DNA of 20,000 bases, taken from the NCBI RefSeq assembly GCF_004010195.1, contig NC_057728.1, positions 41,559,528 through 41,579,527 of the forward strand. Direction: 5' to 3'. Within the stretch, counting starts at the first letter, position 1; the number at the start of each line of letters is the position of its first letter. Below the pieces are notes generated by a model. It worked only from the letters and a program-made list of their open reading frames with translations, searched no databases and was not told where the DNA came from. Position numbers and translations under genes: made by a program. Positions 10,830 through 20,000 of this stretch are shown here, one piece after another. This DNA is from Chiloscyllium plagiosum. Taxonomy: Eukaryota.

Positions 10830-12000
10830 ATAGCTCGTTCAGTCACGAAGAGTTTTCTGGAAGTGGAAGAAGTCACTTTGGGAGTTTTACAGAAAGTGGA
10901 ATTGGGAGACACACTGGAGTTGGGGGTTGCTTCTTGTTTGTGTGAAAAGAGGAGGTAATTGCAGCAATAACTTGATATTCATAATCACCAGGGGCCATAT
11001 GAATCTTGGGAAATGGCTAAAATTCTATTGTAAATAACGCCGCTTGAGTATGAAAAGAAAATGAAACAGTTTGAACTACGATTGAAAGCAGAGATTTTAA
11101 AAAAACAAAGGAAAGGAAGGCCCTAGCAGAAACAAGGGAGAAAGAGAGTTTTTGAACATGAGGGATTGGAATTGAAAATCTCAAAATTGACTTAAAATGG
11201 TGGAAGTAGAGGTGAAAAATCCGTTGCGATGAGGACAGTGATGGAGAGCAATCCCATTGTAGCCAAAGACCTGGTGGAGATCTGTTTAAATATGTCCAAG
11301 TGTTGTTAAAGTTCAACGAGAAGCATGTAGAACCCTTTTTGATTTAATTTGAAAAAGTGGTTAAACAAATGAAATGGCCGATGACCATATGGGTATTGTT
11401 GATCCAAACAAAGTTGCTAGTGAGGTACTTGCAACAGAGGATGTATCTGAGGTGCATGAGAAGGTGAAGAACGCCATCTTAAGTGTATATGAGCCAGTAT
11501 CAGAACAGCATTTCAAGAATATAAGGAGGGAACTTGGTCAAACATATATTGAGTTTGAAAGAATTAAAGTAAGTAATTTTGGTATGTTGATAAGATCATC
11601 GAAAATCAAACATTTGACGCTCTTAGACAATTATTTTGGAAGAGCTCAAAACGTCATTTCCTGAAGTAGTGACAATTCGTGTGGAAGAGCAGAGAGTTAA
11701 GAATGCAAGATTAGCAGCGGAAGTTGCAAATAATTAAATTGACTCTTAAATCAAAGTTTCAATTCCAGCATCAATTTCAATCTGTGAGGGATAGAAATTG
11801 GGGGAAAAGAGAAATCCTCAGATGGTGAGGAAAAAGGAGATCTCATTGAAGATAGTAAAGAGAATTTACCACAGAGGAGAAAGTAAACAGGTAGAAAAGC
11901 TGAGGTGTTTTCACTAATAAAGAGGACCATATGAAATCGGTGTTGGTGTTAAAAAAAGCACTGGGAAAACAGATGTGAGAAAATGGGATAAACCCTTGAG
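10830..12000 (+). pseudogene. Gag (coiled coil, SCAN-like capsid region, CCHC knuckle), disrupted
   Basis: FEKVVKQMKWPMTIWVLLIQTK; EKVKNAILSVYEPVSEQHFKNIRRELGQTYIEF; decayed C-F-H..GHMKSVCW knuckle near 11906-11946. Confidence 0.75.
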
Positions 12001-12099
12001 TTTTGTTAAAGTGGTGAAGGAAAGCATAGTGGAGGCTAATAAGCTGCAAAATAATGTACAACCTGATCAAAGGTTAGTTGAGAAGAAAGTACAAGATCT

Positions 12100-12400
12100 C
12101 TTTAAAGAATTTACTTGCATGAGTAATGTTTACTCATGTATGCCAGGGGGAACAGGTAAAGAAATTAAGGTTTTAAAGGATGTGGGAACAAGTCAGTTTT
12201 TGATGAGAGTTGAGATATGTAATTCAGAAAGAGTTGCCAGAAAAGTGGTAATATGTGGAATTCATGGTGAGAAGAGCAGTGATCCGTTATGTAAAGTAGG
12301 GTTACAGAGTCTGGTGAAAAGTGGTGGGAGAAGTAACAAAGAAATGTTTGGTTTCAGAAATCCAGTTTATCCTTGATAATGATATTGCTGGATCATAGAT
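12100..12400 (+). pseudogene. Aspartic protease, disrupted
   Basis: IKVLKDVGTSQFLM (degenerate LRDTGASQSL), VVICGIHG, and a downstream IQFILDND (ILGND-like) motif. Confidence 0.7.
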
Positions 12401-13337
12401 GGGAGTGATGACTACTGTGGTTGGAAAATCAGACAACTGAGGTGTTACAGGAAGTATATCATGGGATTTTTCCTGACTCTGTGATAACAAGGTCGCAAAG
12501 CCACAGGTGAAAACAGGATGTGAAATCAAAGAGAAGTTGAAATTCAGAAACTGTTTGATCAAATGGTTGAGAAAAAAGCAAGAAAAGATGGAGGACAAAA
12601 TATATATTTTTAGTTCAGGTGAAGTCTGCTGAGTTACAACAGAGAGAGGAAAAACTAAAACAGTTGTATCAAAAAGCATGCAGAAGAACCTGAGTGTATC
12701 CCAGAATATTACTATCTTAAAAATGAAGTCTTGATGAGGAAATGGCGACCATCACATATTCAGGTGGATGAGAAATGGGCAGAGGTTTATCAAGTCCAGT
12801 GCCTTATAGAAAGCACATGTTGCAGCTAAATTGAATTAATAACTAAGGTCATTTGGGAGTATAGAAAATTTAAGGCAAAATACAAAAACTTTTTATTGGT
12901 GTAGACTGCATAAAAATGTGGTTGAATTTTGCCACATGTCATATGTGTTAGGTAATTGGAAAAACTCAGGCAGTGATAAAACCAGCACCCTTAATACCCA
13001 TTCCAGCATTTGAAGACCTTTTTGAAAGAGTCTTAATTGATTGCACAGGACCACCAGGGATATATTTCCCTCCCCACCCCTTTCCACCTTCCGCAAAGAC
13101 CGTTCCCTCTGTGACTACCTGGTCAGGTCCACGCCCCCCTACAACCCATCCTCCCATCCTGGCACTTTCCCCTGCCACCGCAGGAACTGTAAAACCTGCA
13201 CCCACACCTCCCTCACCACCTCTATCCAAGGCCCCAAAGGAGCTTTCCACATCCATCAAAGTTTTACCTGCACATCCACTAATATCATCTATTGTATCCG
13301 TTGCTCCCGATGCGGTCTCCTCTACATTGGCGAGACT

Positions 13338-13483
13338 NNNNNNNNNNNNNNNNNNNNNNNNNNNNNNNNNNNNNNNNNNNNNNNNNNNNNNNNNNNNNNN
13401 NNNNNNNNNNNNNNNNNNNNNNNNNNNNNNNNNNNNNNNNNNNNNNNNNNNNNNNNNNNNNNNNNNNNNNNNNNNNNNNNNNN
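13338..13483. other. Assembly gap (146 N)
   Basis: Run of N inside the Penelope-like element. Confidence 1.
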
Positions 13484-13565
13484 CACCCATTGTACTCTAT
13501 GTTACTTTCTCCCCACCCCCACCCTCCTCTAGCTTATCTCTCCACGCTTCAGGCTCGCTGCCTTT

Positions 13566-13601
13566 ATTCCTGATGAAGGGCTTTTGCCCGAAACGTCGAT
13601 T
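13566..13601 (+). ncRNA. Minimal hammerhead ribozyme motif, core intact, weak stem I
   Basis: AUUC-CUGAUGA-A-GGGC UUUU GCCC-GAAA-C-GUC-GAUU. Confidence 0.75.
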
Positions 13602-14085
13602 TTGAAGCTCCTCGGATGCTGCCTGAACTGCTGTGCTCTTCCAGCACCACTGATCCAGAAATCTGGTTTCCAGCATCTGAAGTCATTGTTTTTACCTACC
13701 TGATTGCACAGGAACCCTACCTAAAACAAAAAGTGGGAATCAGCATTTTTTGGGAATGTTGGATGTGTCTACTAGATTTCCAAAGACCATTCCATTATGC
13801 AGTATCACAGGCAAAAGGATTGTAGAAGAGTTACTCAAATATTTTACTAGATAACAGACTACCCACAGAAATACAATCAGATCAAGGATCAAGTTTTACA
13901 TCAAGGAAGTTATGGAAAGCTTAGGAATAAAACAATTCAAATCCACTGTGTACCATCCAGAAATACAGGGAGCATTAGAACAGTGCATCACACTTTAAAG
14001 ACCATGTTAAGGGCTTATAGTTAAAATTGCCTAGAGAATTAGGATAAAGGAATTCCATTCATAGATTTTGGAATTAAGGATGCAT

Positions 14086-14173
14086 GGGCGGCACGGTGGC
14101 AGAGTGGTTAGCACTGCTGCCTCGCAGCGCCAGAGGCCCGGGTTCAATTCCCGACTCAGGCGACTGATCTAAT
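14086..14173 (+). mobile_element. Internally deleted V-SINE (tRNA head joined directly to a TAATC-type tail)
   Basis: GGGCGGCACGGTGGCAGAGTGGTTAGCAC...GGTTCAATTCCCG...GGCGACTG-ATCTAAT. Removing it restores the integrase frame KDASNESTKFSPF. Confidence 0.88.
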
Positions 14174-14464
14174 CTAATGAATCAACTAAATTCAGTCCAT
14201 TTGAATTAGTTTTTGGATATGAGGTGAGAGGACCACTGAAATTGAAGAGAAATTGGTAAGTCAGAGTTCAGAGAATGCATATTTGGATTATGTGTCGAAT
14301 TATGGGAAAAGATTAAATAGAGCGGGTGATTGTCTTGCTAGCATTTGAGAGTAGCACAGCATATGATGAGACAGGAAGCGGACAAGAAATCAAAAATTCA
14401 CAATTTTGCTCCCAGCAGCAGTGAATTTTTTAAAGGCAAGGCTTAGTGACCTTATCAAATCAAA

Positions 14465-14636
14465 GTTAAAAATCACACAACACCAGGTTATAGTCCAACA
14501 GGTTTAACTGGAAGCACTTGCTTTCGGAGCATTGCTCCTTCATCAGATCGTTGACAAATAAATCTGTTGGACAATAATCTGGTGTTGTGATTTTTAACTT
14601 TGTACACCCCAATCCAATACCAGTGTCTCCAAATCA
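14465..14636 (+). mobile_element. Short fold-back Penelope-like element (second family)
   Basis: 13-bp duplication TTATCAAATCAAA (14452-14464, 14637-14649); inverted arms 14461-14506 and 14559-14602; hammerhead motif on the minus strand between them. Confidence 0.82.
14514..14550 (-). ncRNA. Degenerate minimal hammerhead motif
   Basis: CUGAUGA-A-GGAGC AAU GCUCC-GAAA-GC-AA; the U of the UH cleavage site appears mutated. Confidence 0.6.
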
Positions 14637-15353
14637 TTATCAAATCAAAAGGAAATTGAAGTGAATTATTTGATAAGAATGCCAGATGGAAAGAAATATC
14701 TCTTTGTCAAGTGAATGTGCTCAAAAGGTATGCTGATAGAGAAGAAAAACAAATGGAGAATGTGTTTCTGGTTACAACACCCAGTGAAGAACCAAGTTCA
14801 GATGGTTCTGAATTGAACATTCCTCAAATTAAATTGGACAATGAGGAACTTCTCAAAAGTTGGGATAAATTATTGAGTCACGTTCCAGAGGAACATCAAA
14901 ATAATGGAAAAGAGTTATTACAATTCCATAAAGAGATGTGTGTGTATAAACTAGGCAGTACTAATCTACTTATGCATGATGTAGATATAGGAAACACTAT
15001 TCCAATTAAGCAGCATCCATATAGGCTTAACCCTGTAAAGTTGGCCCAGGTTCAAAAGAAAATTGATTACATATGGAGAGACAATATTACCAAAGTGAGT
15101 TGCAGCGAATGGAGCTCACCTATAGTAATGGTACCAAAGCCAAATGATTGTGTGGACTATCACAAATTCAGTGCAGTTTCAAAATCTGATTCCGATCCTA
15201 TTCAGTGTGTGGAAGGTTGTATTGAGTTGGTGGGTCAAGCAACTTATATTTCAAAATTGAATTTACACAGATAATACTGGCAGGTACCTTTATCTGAAAG
15301 AATGAAGGAAATTTCAGCTTTCGTGACACTGAATGGACTGTACCTGTTTAAAG

Positions 15354-15571
15354 CTTAAAAATGTGTTGCTGGAAAAGCGCAGCAGGTCAGGCAGCATCAA
15401 AGGAACAGGTGAATCGACGTTTCGGGCATAAGCCCTTCAGGAATCCTGAAGAAGGGCTTATGCCCGAAACATCGATTCTCCTGTTCGTTTGATGCTGCCT
15501 GGCCTGCTGTGCTTTTCCAGCAACACATTTTTAAGCTCTGATCTCCAGCATCTGCAGTCCTCACTTTCTCC
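15354..15571 (+). mobile_element. Palindromic (fold-back) Penelope-like mini-element inserted in RT
   Basis: 16-bp duplication CTGTACCTGTTTAAAG (15338-15353, 15572-15587); inverted arms 15352-15442 and 15444-15537 with a 1-nt spacer; 3' tail homologous to 13615-13697. Confidence 0.9.
15441..15478 (+). ncRNA. Minimal hammerhead motif with a stem III G-to-A change
   Basis: GAAUC-CUGAAGA-A-GGGC UUAU GCCC-GAAA-C-AUC-GAUUC. The mirror copy on the minus strand (15411-15443) has a 3-nt deletion in the core. Confidence 0.68.
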
Positions 15572-16566
15572 CTGTACCTGTTTAAAGTCGTGCCACTTGG
15601 TATGACAAATGCACCAGCCACATTTCAAAGACTAACTAATAAAGTCATTTCAGGATTACCCATTTTTATTGTGATTTTTAGTCACTCACTGAAGAAACAT
15701 TTGGAGGATCTATCGAAATTCTTCTATCGACTTTGGGAGGCAGGATTGGTGATGAACCTGGCTAAGAATGAGTTCGAAAAATCGCAAGTCACATTCCTAG
15801 GCCATGTCATTGGACATGGACAGATGGCCCCATGGGATCTGAAAACAACCGCTACTGGGGAGTTGCCCATACCATCGATGAAGAGGGCAGTACTACGATT
15901 CCTGGAACTGAGTGGTTTTTAGCAAAAGGTTTGTACCGAATTTTAGCAGACTGGTTGCTCCACTGACTGACTCGTTGAAGAAGTGCAGAAACTTTTCAGT
16001 GGATGGAGGAATGTCTGAAGGCATTTGACAGCCTGAAAGTTGTTAACCACTGTCCCAGTGTTAGCCACACCTAATTGTGCAAAGCCATTCAGAGTGGCAG
16101 TTGTTGCAAGTGCTGTGGGGGTCGGTGCGGTGCTCTTGCAAGAAGACAACAAGAAGATAGAAAAACCTATTGGGTATTTTTACAGAAAATTGAATAATCA
16201 TCAACAGATATACTCCACAATTGGGAAGGAAACCTTGAGTTTGGTGTTGGCATTGCAACATTGCCAGTAGTGTGTCAGAGACAATTGTATATACTGATCG
16301 CAGCCCCTTAAAGAATTTGGAAATATTTAAGGAGAAAAATTCCAGACTGTTTAGGTGGACCTTAGTATTGCAACCATTCAATTTACAATTTATAAGGGCA
16401 AGAGACTGCAATTGCTGATGAGATGTCGTGACTTTAATAAAGGAAGACAGAGGCGAGAATGAAATGGGCTGTAGCAGAGAATGTTTGCATGCTTAGTGTC
16501 AATGTAATGCATATGTATTAGATTGAACTAATAAAGTAAGATGAAAGGCTTTTTAAGTGGGTGTGG

Positions 16567-17191
16567 TGTGATGATGCTTTGACATTGAGGTGTATTTTGT
16601 CCTGGCTTTTTTATGAAGAAAGGTTGAGATGGAGGGTTTGAACATCTGCTCAAAGCCAATAAAGTAAACAGCTTGAGAGGCCTTGGGCTTTTTTTTTAAA
16701 GTTGGAACAATAGCAGCAGGCCTGAATGGGTGGTGTCATGCTCCCACAAAACCAAGATTTTTTTCCAGTTTTTGCCTTCAGTAGCAGTTGTTAGGGTCTT
16801 GAAGCTAGATGTGGAACCTCTTATTTCTCTCTTTTTTTACAGCTAAAAGCTGTGGTTCTCTTCCTGCTGCTAGAATTGCATGTGACACAATATATATTTT
16901 ACTGAATTTGCCTTGGCCAAGGTTGTGTTTGTGGGATAGTAGAACAGTTAATTGATAGCAGTTTATATCTCTAAGCATTTTGATAGAGTTACAGTTACAC
17001 CAATTCTTTTCTTTTTCTTTTGTTTGTATTTAATGAATACAAAGTGTATGAATAAAAAGTGTTTAGTTTCAAGCCTGGTAGTTTGACCAATTGAATTGCA
17101 TCTGAAATACAACACCTTATATTTATATTTAAAATAAGAAAAAGCCTATCGTCTTAATATGTTTTGAGGGGTTTTGGTCTGGTCCATTATA
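16567..17191 (+). repeat. 3' LTR (625 bp)
   Basis: TGTGATGATG...TTTTGGTCTGGTCCATTATA, preceded by a decayed polypurine tract (TAAGTGGGTGTGG) and followed by TSD CTAT. Confidence 0.9.
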
Positions 17192-18279
17192 CTATAATGC
17201 TTACACAATTGATTTCCCTTCTCAAATCCTATTTGATCTTATTAAATATAATGTGCTACTCAATGTTCTAAAATTCAAACTTTGTCCTTTCTATATTGCT
17301 GCCTTCTATTGTTTGAAACCCACTCTGTGCTCCCACCCATCTTCAAAAATGGTGCCATCTGAATACATCTTTGTTTCTGTTCCCAGAAATAGTTATTCAA
17401 TTATTGGGTCAGCCTCAGGGCTTTGGCTTGATTCCAAATGTTCACAGGTAGCCATCATCTTAGTGTCATCTTAACCCCAAAGTTAATCTAGTTTACCTCC
17501 TCTTATCCTCCCAAGGAAGATGATGACTTGTTGATCATTAGACAGCTGGCAGTTTAAGGTTTGACCTTTGGCTCCTGGTACCAGGAGCTCCTCATGAGAA
17601 GCACAATAAGGAACAGATCTCATAATAGAATTATATGAATGTACTGTTACACTGCATTGAGTAATGTTTTCAGCAGTTGGAACTGCAGAGTTGCAGCAAC
17701 CATGACTTGCCCTTTTTTTTTGAAATGTAATCCTGGTAAACTTTGAGATGTAAATATATTGTGATTTTGTTCTTCTGTCTAGCCTTAAGGTAACTCCTTC
17801 CAGAAACTGTTGTTTCCAATCTCTTGTTCTTAACAGCGCTATTGCTGTTGTCTTCAGGTCCATGTGAGGAACCAAACCATGGTTACTTTTATCATTTCTT
17901 CCACATTTATGTACAAATTCACTAATGTGTTTACTGGAATTACACACAAAAGAAAACTTTATTGTTCTTTGCATTTTCAACATCGCCAACAGGTCTAGGT
18001 TTGTGCAAGGATTTGCCCAGACTTTGATGCACATATATTGGATTCCAGGAAATTACGTAGATTCTTCATGGCCTCAAATCATCGGCATACTTACATTTAG
18101 ATGACATTTCAGATTTCCTGAGTTTTTGTTCTTCTCATTATGTGCCCAAAGGAACTGGAAATTGATATTGGAACAAATGAACTGTTCCCATAATTGCTTT
18201 CATTTGTACATGGATGGAAATTTCTTTATAACAGAGGATGTTTTTAATGATTATTACTGATCCTTTTAGTCTCGCTTTA

Positions 18280-18598
18280 ACAGAATACATACCACATAGA
18301 AGGCCATCATTCAGCCTATTGATGCTATGCCAACTATTTGCACACGCAGTCCAGCTTGTGCCATTTCCCTGACCCTATCCCTGTAATCCTGCAATTTCTT
18401 GCTCCCTCATCTACTTACCTCATTCTCCTTTGAAAGCCTTGATTGAATCCACTTCCATCACCCTGTCAGACAGTGCATTCCAGATCATAACCACTTTTGG
18501 TGAACGTAAGTTTTTAACTCATGTCACCTTTAGCTCTTGCGGTAATCACCTTAAGTCTGTGTGGTCTGATTCTTGATCCATCCAGCAGTGCAACCAGT
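18280..18598 (-). mobile_element. Old CR1-type LINE 3' end
   Basis: Minus strand encodes VVMIWNALSDRVMEVDSIKAFKGE, followed by a typical CR1 3'UTR-like tail. Confidence 0.7.
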
Positions 18599-20000
18599 AC
18601 TTTGATTTTTTAGTCTTTGTGTGATTTTGCAGCATTTGGGGGCTTGAGAGTCGTGCAAAAACAATTACTTTTTGACAATGAATAATAGGGTGTCACATGC
18701 TGCCATACAGAATAATCATTGCTTATGTAAATGTGATGCTTGTGCATTTAAAGAAGATTAGTATCCTGTGTGGATATAGGAAAGCCTGGAGAATCATTTC
18801 AACTGTATTATTAATGTATGTGTTTCCGATGTCCCATGTGCATACTTACAACCTGGCTGAATCGAAATCTTCATTACTTACAGTTTTTCTTACTTTGATA
18901 TGGCCTTATTGGCAAACGGCAGTCCAACCAGCAATTAAATGAGACTCATTAATGTCAGCAGTGGATAGGAGGGTTAGCTAGGAAGTGCATTAACACCTGC
19001 AAATGAAACAAAAGTATAAGTCTGTTTTTGTTTCCTTTTCATTCCTACAAAGTAGATCTATTTCTTAAATTGCTGCCTCATACAGTTCACCACTTTTAAA
19101 ACAAATAAGTTCTGATGTTCAAAACCCTGATTGGATCTGAAAGGTTGGAGCACGGCACACTTGTTTGAAATTTCAAATCTATGGGAACATAATGAAAAAG
19201 CAACAATTCTCATGGCCCTTAGGCCACATGGTAAGCAGTTACGTGTATGGGATTGCCTGTCAGTCTCCCATGGGTTATGACAAAGGAGCTCTCGGATGTT
19301 TCTCTAGGACCCAGTAAAGCATGTTTGCTCATCCTGGCCCCATAAGGGTATTTTCAAAACAGTCTTCTTAGCTTTTTTTTTTAAGCGTTACTCTTACCAT
19401 TTCTAACCTCAGGCACAAAGCCACCCATAAACATTGCAGTAAATGACATGATCCCATCATTGGGACTGAGCAGGCCAGTCTTAAAAAGTATCCTGCTAAC
19501 TGTGGGCAGGTACCCTTGCCACCTAATGAAGCGGGTTAAAATCCAGCACATGGTGACAGCAGTGGAGGTTAAGTAACTTGAGTGATCCTAACTGCCCAAG
19601 ATCAGGGTAAATATGCTCTCTCCCCTGAGATATTCTTTCCTAGCAAAACCTCATTAAAACAAAATCAGCTGCACTACCTTTCAAAGGATAACCTTAATTT
19701 ATTGTGTGCCATAAAAACTGGATAATTGTGATCTGTTGTAGACTTTAATTTTGTGACATACCCCCTATTAAGTTTATAGGGATCTGATTGTATTGGAGAA
19801 TGAATCAGGGTTTTGTCAGTGAAATGTCAGGTTATTGATGGGCTTTGAAGCAGATGTAATGCTGTCCAAACATCCTCTCTTCTTGTCAGAGCAAAGAGGA
19901 GTTCAGACAACGAAACTTGACCATAAAAGCCATCGATATCCAAGTTTCTGTCCTTGCCCGATATCCAGGTGTATGTGCACACACTTTCCAGTGGGAGTCA

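Larger units (their letters stand above)
13051..13700 (+). mobile_element. 5'-truncated Penelope-like element (Neptune-like GIY-YIG endonuclease fragment plus pLTR)
   Basis: FPCHRRNCKTC...FTCTSTNIIYCIRCSRCGLLYIGET; 13-bp duplication TGATTGCACAGGA at 13038-13050 and 13701-13713; hammerhead motif near the 3' end. Confidence 0.9.
12800..14400 (+). pseudogene. Integrase, disrupted and split by PLE and SINE insertions
   Basis: HLG..FYW....VVEFC zinc region; PAPLIPIPAFEDLFERVLIDCTG|PLPKTKSGNQ; STRFP; EIQSDQGSSFTS; YHPEIQGALE; DA|SNESTKFSPFELVFG. Confidence 0.9.
14950..16431 (+). pseudogene. Reverse transcriptase and RNase H, disrupted
   Basis: PIKQHPYRLNP, SEWSSPIVMVPKP, CVDY, YISKLNL..YWQVPL, GLYLF|KVVPLGMTNAPATFQRL with the YxDD segment missing; RNase H ..ASAVGVGAVLLQ, KETL, VYTD.SPL, RWTLVLQPFN, IADEMS. 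Confidence 0.93.
9694..17191 (+). mobile_element. Full-length decayed Gmr1-like Ty3/Gypsy LTR retrotransposon
   Basis: Paired LTRs, TSD CTAT at 9690-9693 and 17192-17195, and internal domains in the order gag, protease, integrase, RT, RNase H. Confidence 0.93.

Noticed and set aside
12966..13605. Long ORFs of 174-210 aa
   Set aside because: They run through the N gap and are chimeric or off-frame readings of integrase plus the Penelope insert.
14086..14166. tRNA gene
   Set aside because: Has A and B boxes but matches the SINE heads at 3490-3564 and 10330-10405, and interrupts the integrase.
15352..15537. miRNA precursor, MITE or CRISPR-like structure
   Set aside because: The long target duplication, asymmetric 3' tail and homology to the GIY-YIG element's end point to a Penelope origin; there is no repeat-spacer periodicity anywhere in the window.
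9694..17191. Active or domesticated retrotransposon gene, or a Copia element
   Set aside because: Many stops and frameshifts and a deleted YxDD rule out activity; RT motifs are Gypsy-type despite the Copia-like domain order.
17483..18034. 183-aa minus-strand ORF (also the 4348-4970 and 5851-6177 ORFs)
   Set aside because: No recognisable domain or splice context; consistent with chance ORFs in intronic DNA.
19870..19920. Possible acceptor TCTTGTCAG followed by purine-rich sequence as the HMGA2 last exon
   Set aside because: Does not translate to an acidic EETEETSSQESAEED-like tail in any frame; the last exon is probably beyond the window.

Overview
Vertebrate intronic DNA, most likely from a cartilaginous fish (shark), judged by HE1/V-SINE-like, SacSINE1/DeuSINE-like, CR1 and Penelope-like repeats. 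The only host coding sequence I can support is a 33-nt microexon at 7236-7268 (+; PQQEVQKKPAQ) that matches HMGA2 exon 4, so the window appears to cover the end of intron 3 and most of intron 4. Intron 4 holds a full-length but heavily decayed Gmr1-like Ty3/Gypsy LTR retrotransposon (9694-17191; 4-bp TSD CTAT; order gag-PR-INT-RT-RH). It carries five nested insertions: two V-SINE-type and three Penelope-like elements with 13-16 bp target duplications and minimal hammerhead-ribozyme motifs. Two of the Penelope-like inserts are fold-back palindromes. Bases 1-889 are a near-identical inverted copy of 15440-16328 that ends at the apex of one palindrome, so the two copies bracket the exon; this is either a very recent rearrangement or a misassembly. 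The window also has a Harbinger transposase fossil, several CR1/LINE fragments and repeat-poor candidate conserved non-coding blocks. Family names come from recalled motifs, not database searches.
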